DNA of 64,000 nucleotides from Syntrophorhabdaceae bacterium (GTDB lineage Bacteria; Desulfobacterota; Syntrophorhabdia; Syntrophorhabdales; Syntrophorhabdaceae): NCBI GenBank assembly GCA_963665295.1, contig OY762209.1, positions 4,992,001 to 5,056,000 of the forward strand, read 5' to 3'. Shown piece by piece: positions 49,255 to 59,585 of this stretch (position 1 is its first letter; each line of letters starts with the position of its first letter). The notes under the pieces were generated by a model. It saw only the letters and a program-made list of their open reading frames with translations, ran no database searches and was not told where the DNA came from. The position numbers and the translations under genes were made by a program.

Positions 49255-51549
49255 CTAATCCCACCTCATGGCCTTCTTGATGCCTTCCAGGTTGACTGAA
49301 TCAAGAAATCCGGACTTTGTCTCATAGAGTCTCTTCAACTCGTCTTCCGAAACCCTGGAAGTGTTCGTGATCTTTTCCGCCCCGCCCCCATTCTTCCACG
49401 CCGCTTCCCACAGCCTCGCCACCAATGCCACTGCCTCCGCCATGGCCTGCTGGTACCCGGCGCCGTATGTTTTCCACAACACGTCACAGCGGGCGCGTTT
49501 GTTCATGCGCACGAGTTCTTCGTAATCCTTCGCAATACTGATAGGATTGGCATGTTTCCTCACCGTGTCGCGCATGAGGGCCACAGTGGCCGCGGCCGCG
49601 TCCTTCGGCTTTTCGATCATGCTCATCTCGACAGGCAGGTCGGAGTCGGTCATATTCTCCAAAATATCAGGCAGATTCCTTTTCAAGGTTTCGGCATAGT
49701 ATTCGACCATCTCGTTGTCGAACTCGGCATGAACGCCGTCGGCGATAGAGACCTTCTTTTCCTTATTGCCGCTCATAACGATCTTCGTCCGTCCGCCGGG
49801 ATCGCCGTGGTGCATGTAGCTTATGTGGAGAGGCATGCACGCGTCAAAGACATAATGGGTCATTATACCGGCGGCGCAGATAAACCCGCTTGCATCCCCT
49901 GTACCCGCGTAGCCGACCATGGCATCGTATATCTGGGCCACTCTGAAAGGCAATGTGCCTTTTTCCTTCGCCCCCACTCCCTTGTAGTAATTCACCCACA
50001 CGTCGGGATCGATATTGGCCGGCTCATCACACAGGTCGAGGAGGGTCCGGTTATTGTCGTTCGGGTTCGGCTGGTCCATATCCGCAAAATGGTTCGGCTC
50101 CTCTTTGCCCCGCTTGTAGTCTCCGCCGCGGCTCTTCCAGACCAGGTCAGGCACGTCCGAGAGGGGGACGAAGGGCGCCTTGCTCAAACCTTTCGTCGCC
50201 TTGACAGGGGTCTCTCCAAGGGGCATGCTGAAAAGACCGGTGTTATTCTCCATCAACCTTCTGAGGGGTTCATCCTTTACCATACCCGCACACAGGCTCG
50301 GCAACACAATATGGGCGTAAGCGCCGAAATACCTGTCATAGCCGGTATTCCAATCACTCACCAGTTCAACGTCAAGGAACCTGCACACGGTTCCCAGGTT
50401 TGTCACCAGGCCGTAGGGCTGTTCGGAATCTCCACTCTCGTCCTTCTGACCGCCCCAGAGTACGCCGATGGCTTTCATGTGCTCCCTGCTCCCGGGATCG
50501 TCGATCACCAGTAATGTGCCGGAATCTCCGTTCCTTGGCGCAAAGGGCGCCCCCTTCTTATATCCCTTTCCGGCGCGGGGGCCTACGAGATAATCCGCCA
50601 CATAATCATATCCCCCGGCTGAGGCGTACCTGTAAAAAAGGGCGACTATTTCGCCTTTCATCACGCCGGACGCGCATCCGTACCCGAAAACAGGGCAACC
50701 GGCAAGCTTGAGGGATAATGTATCATGGTTCAGGTCCACCATGCCTTTCACCTTGCCAAGGCCATAGATCTGAGAGGTCACTCCGCCGAGATCACTCAAT
50801 TCCACGAGGCCGATATCGAGGTTGACATAGGAATGTCTTCCCGGAAGACCCTCATAAACATCGGAAAACGCCGTCTTCTGAAGCTGCTTCCGCGAAGAAA
50901 TCCCGATCTCTACCTCATTACCGTTTTTCAATGTAAAAAGGCTCTCCCCCGGCCGCCCCGTCACGTGGGCGTTGGTCAATCCATAGGTAATCCTGCCGTC
51001 GCTTACGAGGCATCCCAGCGTCGCCCAGCGCTCTTGGCCCTGTATCCTGGTCATGAGAGGATAGCCGCCCCCGATCACGCTGCCGGGATATTTCATCTTT
51101 GCGATTGCGCCCGAACCCTTGTGTTGCCATGCGGCCTTTATCACGCACACGGGGATTTCCCTGCCATCAGGGAGATAGAGCGCCTCGGGAAGATAATCGT
51201 TTCGTGAAGGCCCGGTCTCCTTGCCGAAATCTGCGTCGTCAACCCAATTGTCCACAAACACCAGCACGCAGGGCCACGAATAGGCTTGTACTTCGGAATT
51301 TTCAAGAGTCCTCGGGGCCTTGGCCGTTACGCCCTTCTTGCGGACGCGGTATTTGCCTATTGCCGTGCCCACCACGTTGGTTTTCCGTGTAAGGAAGACA
51401 TGATAGGCGTCACGCGCCTCGAGAAGGTCTCTTACGGAAAGGGATTGGTATGTCTTTCCTTGTTCAAGATAAGTAACCAGGGCAGGTGGTATCCGGTTCC
51501 TTTGCGTCTTTCCATTCCTGTCAATGTCAACCTTCTTTGAAGACGTCAT
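49255..51549 (-). CDS. NAL1-like trypsin-family serine protease fused to a Zn-dependent P1-nuclease/phospholipase C-like domain
   Basis: GTAIG..VLVFV..LP; triad LTNAHV / DIG / GDSG; C-terminal FGAYAH, NHFADMD, HYVFDACMPLH, VHAEFD. Confidence 0.75.
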   Translation of the reverse strand: MTSSKKVDIDRNGKTQRNRIPPALVTYLEQGKTYQSLSVRDLLEARDAYHVFLTRKTNVVGTAIGKYRVRKKGVTAKAPRTLENSEVQAYSWPCVLVFVDNWVDDADFGKETGPSRNDYLPEALYLPDGREIPVCVIKAAWQHKGSGAIAKMKYPGSVIGGGYPLMTRIQGQERWATLGCLVSDGRITYGLTNAHVTGRPGESLFTLKNGNEVEIGISSRKQLQKTAFSDVYEGLPGRHSYVNLDIGLVELSDLGGVTSQIYGLGKVKGMVDLNHDTLSLKLAGCPVFGYGCASGVMKGEIVALFYRYASAGGYDYVADYLVGPRAGKGYKKGAPFAPRNGDSGTLLVIDDPGSREHMKAIGVLWGGQKDESGDSEQPYGLVTNLGTVCRFLDVELVSDWNTGYDRYFGAYAHIVLPSLCAGMVKDEPLRRLMENNTGLFSMPLGETPVKATKGLSKAPFVPLSDVPDLVWKSRGGDYKRGKEEPNHFADMDQPNPNDNNRTLLDLCDEPANIDPDVWVNYYKGVGAKEKGTLPFRVAQIYDAMVGYAGTGDASGFICAAGIMTHYVFDACMPLHISYMHHGDPGGRTKIVMSGNKEKKVSIADGVHAEFDNEMVEYYAETLKRNLPDILENMTDSDLPVEMSMIEKPKDAAAATVALMRDTVRKHANPISIAKDYEELVRMNKRARCDVLWKTYGAGYQQAMAEAVALVARLWEAAWKNGGGAEKITNTSRVSEDELKRLYETKSGFLDSVNLEGIKKAMRWD

Positions 51550-51853
51550 GATATGTCTCTCCTTTTGTCATATGGCTGTGGTCAATGCACCAGCCCCGTG
51601 GAAACAAGGCCGCCGCCTCAGTGATTGAGCGCCGGCTGGACCTCAACGCAACGAATGAAACGGTGTCCCATGACACGTCCCGAAAGTTTGCTTTACATGG
51701 ATTTGCCGTTACTTGAATTCGAGACCTGGTCCCGGGCGCCCTTCAATCGCCCCAATCTACATTCTCTTTGTGTTATCGAAAGATGTCAAGCGGATTCTTT
51801 AGTCAATGTCGCGGTACACCGGTGAGACACTGCGTGTCGGGCCGAAGTGGAGA

Positions 51854-53275
51854 CTATGTTTCCTCTTCGCCTTTTGGCGCCGCTGCTGCCGCTGCTGCCG
51901 CGGCGGGTTTGTGGCGGCGGCGGGGCTTGCGGCGTCTTCTTCTCCGTTTCTTCGGCGGCGGTTCGTCGGCCGACGGCTCGGGAGCGGCTCCGGGCGGGTT
52001 CTCAAGACGGAAGGTTTCCCACCATTCGAGGGGGGTCCGGTGCTCTTTTGTTGTTTCCACTGCGAAGCGGAGATACTCCAGGGCTTCTGCGAATTCAGGC
52101 TTGGCGACAATGGATGCGGGCCGAAGGGGCGGCATCCTGTGCAATGAAGCCTGAAGGGCGAGGATAGCCCGCAGGCGGCTGCCGACCCGTCCGGGGACAG
52201 ACACGGTGGCGGAGATTTCTGTCATGAAAGCCGCGCACGATTCGTCCAGCGCCTTCTGGCGGGGGATGCCGTCGCGCTGACGGGCGAGGGCCGCCCTCTC
52301 TATGCTGGGACCGAAAAGGGCCGCGAGAAAAAGCGCGGGCGACACGGGCGTTCCGCTCCGATACAACTCATCGAGACCGGTAAGGTTTGCTTCCACCAAT
52401 GCCAGGCGACGGCTGCTTCCATACATCCAGCGACCGAGGGCGGGGAAAAGGGCAGTCAGGAGCCCGCTCTTCTCCATGAGGTCGAAAGCCGGTCGGGCGA
52501 ACCCAAGGAGGAAGAGTTTCTGTACCTCCTCGTAGAGCCTTGCCGCGGGAACCCGGGCAATGGTGGAGGAAAGGTCGCAGAGGCTCTCCCAGGCGGCGGG
52601 TTCTATGACGAAGTCATGGGAAGCGGCAAACCTGACCGCGCGGAGCATGCGCACGGGGTCTTCCGTAAACCGGACCCGGGGGTCGCCGATGGGATGAATC
52701 AGTCGCTGCTTAAGGTCGATCAGCCCCGTTGTGTAGTCGATAACCGAAGAATCGGCGATGTTGTAGGCAAGGGCGTTGATAGTGAAGTCGCGGCGGAACG
52801 CGTCTTCTTCCGGCGTTCCAAAGACGTTGTCCACAAGCACCATTCCGTCCTCGTCCTTAACGTGACGGGGAAGGCGTTTTACGTCGTCCGTGGTCTCTTC
52901 CACGTGGGCATCGGAAGGGACGGCGGTCCGTCGAAACGTGGATACTTCTATAATTTCATCCTGAAAGTGGAGATGAGCAAGGCGGAAACGACGGCCTATG
53001 AGGCGGCAGTTGCGGAAAAGCCGCTTGATCTGACCCGGTGTGGCGTTTGTGCCTATATCGAAGTCCTTGGGGGTCCGCCCCAAAAGCAGATCGCGGACGC
53101 ATCCGCCCACCAGGTGGGCGATGAAACCGTGGGAATGGAGCCGGTAGAGGGTCCTCAAGGCGTTAGGGCTCACCTGTTTTCTCGATATGCGGTGTTCCTT
53201 CCGGGAGATGATTTGTGGTCCCACTCCCTTTACCTTAGCACACTCCGCGGAAAAAACAAAATCCAAAGGCGGCAT
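51854..53275 (-). CDS. pcnB: Poly(A) polymerase I
   Basis: VGGCVRDLLLG..PKDFD, PAP signature LIGRRFRLAHL, RRDFTINAL, EDPVRMLR, basic tail. Confidence 0.9.
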   Translation of the reverse strand: MPPLDFVFSAECAKVKGVGPQIISRKEHRISRKQVSPNALRTLYRLHSHGFIAHLVGGCVRDLLLGRTPKDFDIGTNATPGQIKRLFRNCRLIGRRFRLAHLHFQDEIIEVSTFRRTAVPSDAHVEETTDDVKRLPRHVKDEDGMVLVDNVFGTPEEDAFRRDFTINALAYNIADSSVIDYTTGLIDLKQRLIHPIGDPRVRFTEDPVRMLRAVRFAASHDFVIEPAAWESLCDLSSTIARVPAARLYEEVQKLFLLGFARPAFDLMEKSGLLTALFPALGRWMYGSSRRLALVEANLTGLDELYRSGTPVSPALFLAALFGPSIERAALARQRDGIPRQKALDESCAAFMTEISATVSVPGRVGSRLRAILALQASLHRMPPLRPASIVAKPEFAEALEYLRFAVETTKEHRTPLEWWETFRLENPPGAAPEPSADEPPPKKRRRRRRKPRRRHKPAAAAAAAAAPKGEEET

Positions 53276-54982
53276 CTAGTGGACGACCCCTATCGAACTT
53301 CCCACGGCCATGGCCGACAGGCTGCCTTCCACGGCTTTTATGGCGTCGGCGGCAGAACTCGTTATGCCCCCCGCGTAGCCCGAACCTTCGCCTATGGGGT
53401 AGAGGTTCTTCACGCTCACCGATTCATAGGCTGCGTTCCTTTTTATCTTTACGGGAGAGGAGGTTCTTGTCTCGGCGCCTAACAATATGGCATGGTGGGA
53501 AATAAATAAAGGATATTCCTCCCTCCATTTGCCGAATGCAGTGAGGAGCGAATCGGACACGAAGTCCGGGAAAAGTTCATTCATATCTATTGCCACGGCC
53601 CCCATCTTATACGAATTGCCGTTCAAACGGTCGGAGACCCTTCCCTCCATGAAATCCACCATATTCTGGGCAGGGACTTCCCATCTCCCTCCTGCCGCTT
53701 CAAAGGCCTTTCGTTCTATGTCCTTCTGGAACTCGATACCCGCCAGAGGATCGGTTGATTTGTAGTCATCCGTGTGACAGGTTACCACAATCGCCGCGTT
53801 TGAGAACGCCGACGACCTACCCGAGTAACTCATGCCGTTTACCACCATCATGCCGTTTTCGGAAGACGCGTTTATCACCTCGCCTCCGGGGCACATGCAG
53901 AAGGTGTACACGCCTCTCCCCTTCTCGCGGTCGGTGTAATTAAGAGAATAAACGGCGGCCCCCACTTGGGGGAAATTCCGGTATTTCTCGCCATACCTTA
54001 AAAGATTGATGATTTCAACGGGATGTTCCACCCTCACGCCCACGGCGATCGCCTTCTGCTCGACGGTGATGCCCTTCCTCAGGATCATCTCGAATGTGTC
54101 GCGGGCCGAATGTCCCACCGCGAGATAGACAAAAGAGGAGTGGTATTCCTGTTCGCCGTTTATCACCACGCCTGAAACTTTACCCTGAGATATGAGTATG
54201 TCCGTCATTCTCGCGTTGTAGCGGATCTCGCCGCCCTGCTCAAGTATATGGTTTCTCACATTCTTGACCACTTCACACAACACGTCCGTGCCCACGTGGG
54301 GTTTGCGCATATACCCTATTCTCGCGGGAGCGCCGAACCTGATAAAGGTCTCCAGCACCTTGTCCGCGTAGCCCGAGTTGTTGGCCCTGGAAAACAGCTT
54401 GCCGTCGGAATACGACCCCGCGCCGCCTTCACCGAACTGGATATTCGATTCCGGGTTCAACTCCCTTTCCTCAATGAACCGTCGTACATCCATGGAACGT
54501 TCTTCTATCCTTTTGCCCCTCTCAAAGATCAAGGGCTTGAAGCCATAGTCGATAAGTTCAAGGGCGGCGAACATGCCCGCAGGGCCGAAACCCACTATTA
54601 TCGGCCTCTCCGGGGCCTGTGTTGATCGCCCCCCGCGTCCATACCCCGGGATACGCTTCGGGGCGGGTATCTGCCGTTCGGCGTATACCGGAAAGTTCTC
54701 CAGGTTTTCGAAATCATCAGCGGCCTTTACCACGATCGAAACAATATAGTAAAACCGGTCCGGGCTGCTCGCGTCGAGGGATTTACTCAGTATCTTACGG
54801 AATTCCAACGCTGTTTCATCCGCCTTCAACCTTCGCGAGGCGGTCTTCATATATTCGTCCGTTCCGTCTTTTTCTACAGGTATCCGCAAATTGCGAATTA
54901 TCAGGTCCAAGAAACGCTCCGTCTTTTCAGATAACCGCCGGGCAACAGATATTCCCATTGCCTTCGCCGGATCAGTGGCCAT
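53276..54982 (-). CDS. Uncharacterised FAD-dependent oxidoreductase
   Basis: VGFGPAG, FGEGGAGSYSDGKL, FCMCPGG, GEGSGYAGGI. Confidence 0.88.
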   Translation of the reverse strand: MATDPAKAMGISVARRLSEKTERFLDLIIRNLRIPVEKDGTDEYMKTASRRLKADETALEFRKILSKSLDASSPDRFYYIVSIVVKAADDFENLENFPVYAERQIPAPKRIPGYGRGGRSTQAPERPIIVGFGPAGMFAALELIDYGFKPLIFERGKRIEERSMDVRRFIEERELNPESNIQFGEGGAGSYSDGKLFSRANNSGYADKVLETFIRFGAPARIGYMRKPHVGTDVLCEVVKNVRNHILEQGGEIRYNARMTDILISQGKVSGVVINGEQEYHSSFVYLAVGHSARDTFEMILRKGITVEQKAIAVGVRVEHPVEIINLLRYGEKYRNFPQVGAAVYSLNYTDREKGRGVYTFCMCPGGEVINASSENGMMVVNGMSYSGRSSAFSNAAIVVTCHTDDYKSTDPLAGIEFQKDIERKAFEAAGGRWEVPAQNMVDFMEGRVSDRLNGNSYKMGAVAIDMNELFPDFVSDSLLTAFGKWREEYPLFISHHAILLGAETRTSSPVKIKRNAAYESVSVKNLYPIGEGSGYAGGITSSAADAIKAVEGSLSAMAVGSSIGVVH

Positions 54983-55535
54983 GATTTGTAAGATTGTTAT
55001 CTCTTACGATGGAAAAAGTCTGTTGAATGCTTCCCGGCGTTCTTTCTGCACTTTCTTGCTTTCAACGCCCGTATTATACCACAAAACGGAGCTCCGGGTG
55101 TATTTGTCGGGGAAAAACCGCGCCATAACCCCATGATAAAGGTCCGACGGGGTCCCGAAGCTCACCTCGGAACAATCGGACCGGCGGTTGTCCGCATTGC
55201 GGCATGTGATCATCTCAAAGCTGCTGTTCCAGTATGTGGTGTGGGCGATCTCTATGGCGACCCTCCGGGCCTTTGTCGGTGCATGGGAGGCGTCCGTCCG
55301 TATTTGCTTTCGCCGTCTCTCCCTCCGAATGTTCACTGCCCCGGGGACGGTGTCGGTTCCGAATTCCTCTTTGGGGTCACATATTCACGGACACGGAGAG
55401 CGCGAAGCGGGAAAGCCGGTTCGTGCCCGGTGAAAATCCCGTTGATTGTGTGACCCTTCCGTTTTCAAAGTGTCACACAACACGGGCAAAACGGTTCTCA
55501 GTCGTCGAAATACCCATCCCTTTTCGGAAGACAGG

Positions 55536-56792
55536 TTATTTCCCGTATTTCTCGCTCACGTAGGCCATAGCCTCGTCTATCGATTTGGCCGTTATTTCCA
55601 GGTCCTCCTCGGTGTGCCTGTGGCAGATGTAGGCGTGGTGGTGAGGAGTGAAGAAGAGACGTCTCCGGATGAGCTGGGTGTAGAAGTCATCGCGCTTTGC
55701 CTTCTGGGTATTCGCTTCGTTCCTCTTGAAGGTTATGAAGAACATGGGCGCGACGCCACTCAGTTCGGCCCCCGTGTCGTACTTGTCGATGATACCCTGG
55801 ATTGTCTTCATGAAACGGGCGCCCTTTTCCCATATACCGGCGAGGACATTGTCACGCTCCAGTATCTCGATGGTTTTCAGAGCGGCAATGTAACCGTCGC
55901 TGTTTGGGAAGAAGGTGGAGGAAATGAAGAGTTTTTCCGCGGCAGCCATCATTACCTCGGCCTTGCCCGTCACCACGCTCAACGCATATCCGTTGGCCAT
56001 GCCTTTTCCGATAACCGCCAGGTCCGGCGTGACTTTGTAGAGTTCCTGGGCGCCGCCCATGGCGAGTCTGAAACAGGTCCGCACCTCGTCGAAGATCAGG
56101 ACCGCACCGTAGCGGTTCGCAAGGTCTCTCACGCCTTCGAGGAAACCGGTGGCGGGTTCTTCCATCTTCTGATGGATGGGGTGACCGAAGGGGGTCATGA
56201 TTATGGCGGCAGTCTCTTTTCCATACCGCTCCAGCAATTCTTCGAGCTGACTGAGGTTGTTGTAGCGAAATTCATGGACATCCTCATAAAGCTTCTCGGG
56301 GATACCCCCTTTCATTTCAACGCACCAGTCATGCCAGCCATGGTAGCCGGAACGTATGACCCTGGTCCGGCCCGTATAGGCCCTCGCGATACGAACGGCC
56401 GCGGTTGTCGCATCCGAACCGGTCTTCAGAAAGATGCTCATTTCGGAACACGGCACCAACTCCGTCAGTTTCTTCGCGAGATCGTTCTGATACTTCTGGG
56501 TAAGGGAGAAGCAGAAACCCTTGTCCTTGATCTGACGGATCACCGCGTCGTCCACTTCCTCTTCCCTGTAGCCCAGGATAATCGGCCCGTAACCACAGAG
56601 AAAGTCGATATATTCATTCCCGTCAACGTCGGTCAGTCTGCTTCCCTTGCCGGATTCCAGGAAAATGGGGTATTCCCCCACGATGAAATCGCCGGGCTTC
56701 CTCGCACCCAGGACCCCGCCGGGAACCAGTTTCTTCGCCTCTTCAAAAAGTTCCAGACTTTTTGTTATGTTCAGTTGTTCGACGTCTTTCAT
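55536..56792 (-). CDS. Class III PLP aminotransferase (GSA-aminomutase-like; resembles 3-aminobutyryl-CoA aminotransferase)
   Basis: DVDGNEYID, YHGWHDW, IFDEVRT, GKGMANG, SSTFF. Confidence 0.85.
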   Translation of the reverse strand: MKDVEQLNITKSLELFEEAKKLVPGGVLGARKPGDFIVGEYPIFLESGKGSRLTDVDGNEYIDFLCGYGPIILGYREEEVDDAVIRQIKDKGFCFSLTQKYQNDLAKKLTELVPCSEMSIFLKTGSDATTAAVRIARAYTGRTRVIRSGYHGWHDWCVEMKGGIPEKLYEDVHEFRYNNLSQLEELLERYGKETAAIIMTPFGHPIHQKMEEPATGFLEGVRDLANRYGAVLIFDEVRTCFRLAMGGAQELYKVTPDLAVIGKGMANGYALSVVTGKAEVMMAAAEKLFISSTFFPNSDGYIAALKTIEILERDNVLAGIWEKGARFMKTIQGIIDKYDTGAELSGVAPMFFITFKRNEANTQKAKRDDFYTQLIRRRLFFTPHHHAYICHRHTEEDLEITAKSIDEAMAYVSEKYGK

Positions 56793-56815
56793 GGAGGTCT
56801 CCTTTGCGCTTTCGG

Positions 56816-57958
56816 CTAAATTATAAGCATCGATTTTACCGTTTCCGTCTGGTGTATCTTCGCGCCCCGCTTGAGCAGCTCACCAAGGAATTTTTCCGGA
56901 TCGATGCAGCCTTCCGGGGCGACTACCCCCTTCACGGTAACATCACCCGAGTCGAGCATGAGGGCCGCGATCGCGGCGGGAAGGCCTGTTCCCGGGGCCA
57001 TCCTCCCCACTATATCGGCCGTATAGGTCACCTGGTTTCCTCCCCTCTCTCCCTTAACGATCACCTTGAGGCCCGATGCAAGGGGACCCTTATCCCTGGT
57101 CTCGGGAATTGTGTCCCAGAGCCTGAGGGTGAGGTCATAGGGCGTGACTTTGGTCCCTTTTACCTCCACGGACTCCTTGCCGAGGAAACCCGTGTCCCTC
57201 TGCTCCTTGATCATTTCATCCACCCACGCGGGTATGAGGGCGCCCTTGATGACGACCTTTTTTACCCCTTTTATATAGCGCGGTATGGTGAGGGGCTGGG
57301 GGTGTCCCACGTAACGGACATTACACATGCCGAGGGGGGCGAGAAACTCCGCTGTCTCGCCGCCGGTACCGCCTTCGATGTACTCCAGCTTGCCGTCCAG
57401 ATACTGGGGGATTTTGCCCAGGGTCATGTGGAGGCTATGGTCCCACGCGGCGCCTGCCAGTTCCGCGATGCTCACCACCCAGAACAGGTGTATCTCGTCC
57501 ACGCGGTCCATCTTGTCCGCATACCATTTGACAATCACGTTGTTCGTGCCCGGGTCCGACCCCATTCCGGTGAGGACCGTTATTCCCGCCGCCTTCGCGG
57601 CGCCGTCGATGTCGGAGGCGAAAAGGATGTCCGCCGCCTCATAGTCATCGCAAATATCTATGTAATTGACCTTCGCGTCAACCGCGGCCCTTGCGACCGC
57701 CACTGCCGTCTTGTAGAACGGTCCCGCACAGTTGATCACCACGTCAACACTCTTTATCACATTGACGAGCCCGTCATGGTCGTTCACATCGACCTTGATG
57801 AGGGCGATCTTCTCACTGGCCCGAAGCTTGTCCTGGACCCTTTCCGGGTCCGTGTTTATGTCACCAAGAACAACCTTCGTAATGCGCTTCTGTTTTATCA
57901 GGTCCCTGGCTACTCCCTGGCCCATGCCGCCCGTTCCGCCCACGATCAATGCCTGCAT
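56816..57958 (-). CDS. Saccharopine dehydrogenase-like NAD(P) oxidoreductase
   Basis: VGGTGGMG, INCAGPFY, YIDICDD, GMGSDPG, GVVAPE. Confidence 0.88.
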   Translation of the reverse strand: MQALIVGGTGGMGQGVARDLIKQKRITKVVLGDINTDPERVQDKLRASEKIALIKVDVNDHDGLVNVIKSVDVVINCAGPFYKTAVAVARAAVDAKVNYIDICDDYEAADILFASDIDGAAKAAGITVLTGMGSDPGTNNVIVKWYADKMDRVDEIHLFWVVSIAELAGAAWDHSLHMTLGKIPQYLDGKLEYIEGGTGGETAEFLAPLGMCNVRYVGHPQPLTIPRYIKGVKKVVIKGALIPAWVDEMIKEQRDTGFLGKESVEVKGTKVTPYDLTLRLWDTIPETRDKGPLASGLKVIVKGERGGNQVTYTADIVGRMAPGTGLPAAIAALMLDSGDVTVKGVVAPEGCIDPEKFLGELLKRGAKIHQTETVKSMLII

Positions 57959-57971
57959 TCTCCCTCCTTCT

Positions 57972-58032
57972 TACTGCATACGGTATACCATCTTAATGAA
58001 ATAATGTTATATTAAATAATCAGACCTGTCAA
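57972..58032 (-). promoter_or_regulatory. sigma70 promoter with GTATAC operator
   Basis: Minus strand TTGACA, 17 nt spacer, TAACAT, then GGTATACCGTATGCAGTA. Confidence 0.7.
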
Positions 58033-58193
58033 ACAAAAAAAATGGGGCCCAGAACCGAAATAATTCCGGATTCGCCTGTCATTACCCGTCTGCAAATCTG
58101 CTATAATTAATCTAAAGTTACATCACCATACGGGCGATATATCATCTGAGGCAATAAGAAGATATTCCGCTCACTCTTTGGAGACAGAAAAAC

Positions 58194-59585
58194 ATGAATA
58201 ATTCGGAAAAGGCTTCCCGGGGAACCAATGACGGGCATCACAAATATGAGTTCATCGCAAACACCGCCGAAGAATTCATGACACTTATCAACAGGGATTA
58301 TGTCTATGAATTTGTCAATGAGGCCTATTGCAAGGCCCACGGCAAAAGGAGGACGGATTTCCTCAACCACTCCGTTGCCGAAGTCTGGGGACAACAGGCG
58401 TTCGACGATATCATCAAGGATTACCTGGACCGGTGTTTCGCCGGTGACATAGTACGTTACGAGAACTGGTTCCAGTATTCGGGACGCGGGTTGCGATGCT
58501 ATTACGTTTCGTACTACCCCTACTTCAACGACAAGCGCGAGGTTACCCACGCAGTGGTGGTATCCTATGATATAACCGAGCGCAAGAAGACGGAAAAGGC
58601 CCTTAGCGACAGCGAAGTGAAGTATCGCAACATCTTTGAGAACGCGGTGGAAGGCATCTTTCAGAGATCGCCGGAGGGGCAATACCTGAGCGCCAATCCC
58701 GCCCTCGCAAGGATGATCGGGTACGAATCCCCGGAAGAGGCGGTAAAGGAAGCCCACAGCCTGCCCGGACAGGGATATGCGGACCCCGAAGACAGGACAA
58801 GGCTCATGGATGTCCTTGGAAGGGAAGGCAGTATCAGGGGATTTGAGGTCAGACACTACAGGAAGGATGGAAGCACCTTCTGGGCCCTCCTCAATATCCA
58901 TGCCGTCCAGGATTCCGAAGGCAGAGTCCTTTACCACGAGGGCACGATGGAGGACATTACCGGGCACAAGCTCGCGAGGGAAACCCTCACCCAGACCATG
59001 GAGCAACTCAGAAAGAGCCTGGTGGGCACCATTCAGGCCATGTCATTGACCGTAGAGACGAGAGACCCCTACACCGCGGGTCACCAGCGGAGAGTGTCGT
59101 CCCTGGCCCACGCAATCGCGCGGAAGATGGGTCTTTCGGAAGATACGATTGACAACATCAGGATGGCGGGCTCCATACACGACATCGGGAAACTCGCCGT
59201 ACCTTCGGATTTGCTGAGCAAGCCCACGAGGCTCATGGACATCGAATTCAACCTCATCAAGTATCATTCCCAGGCAGGGTACAACATTCTCAAGGACGCC
59301 CAGTTGCCTTACCCCATAGCCGAGATCGTCTTCCAGCACCATGAACGGCTCGACGGCTCGGGCTACCCCCAGGGGTTGAAGGGGGAGGAGATTCTCCCTG
59401 GAGCGAGGATCATCGCCGTGGCTGATGTGGTGGAAGCCATCTCATCCCACCGGCCCTACCGTCCTGCCCTCGGCATCGACGTAGCCCTGGAGGAAATCGA
59501 GAAGAATAAGGGTATCGCCTACGACAAAGAGGTAGCGGAAGCGTGTGCCCGCCTGTTCAGGGAAGAAGGCTTCCGGTTTGAATAA
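58194..59585 (+). CDS. PAS-PAS-HD-GYP c-di-GMP phosphodiesterase
   Basis: Two PAS domains; RDPYTAGH, HDIGK, HHERLDGSGYP. Confidence 0.92.
   Translation: MNNSEKASRGTNDGHHKYEFIANTAEEFMTLINRDYVYEFVNEAYCKAHGKRRTDFLNHSVAEVWGQQAFDDIIKDYLDRCFAGDIVRYENWFQYSGRGLRCYYVSYYPYFNDKREVTHAVVVSYDITERKKTEKALSDSEVKYRNIFENAVEGIFQRSPEGQYLSANPALARMIGYESPEEAVKEAHSLPGQGYADPEDRTRLMDVLGREGSIRGFEVRHYRKDGSTFWALLNIHAVQDSEGRVLYHEGTMEDITGHKLARETLTQTMEQLRKSLVGTIQAMSLTVETRDPYTAGHQRRVSSLAHAIARKMGLSEDTIDNIRMAGSIHDIGKLAVPSDLLSKPTRLMDIEFNLIKYHSQAGYNILKDAQLPYPIAEIVFQHHERLDGSGYPQGLKGEEILPGARIIAVADVVEAISSHRPYRPALGIDVALEEIEKNKGIAYDKEVAEACARLFREEGFRFE

Noticed and set aside
55004..55336. 110-aa minus-strand ORF with a protein-like C-terminal half
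   Set aside because: May be a decayed gene fragment, but I cannot assign a family or a credible start.
55536..56792. Calling the aminotransferase hemL
   Set aside because: It lacks HemL hallmarks such as PGGVNSPVRAF and YHGH, and no tetrapyrrole genes are nearby.
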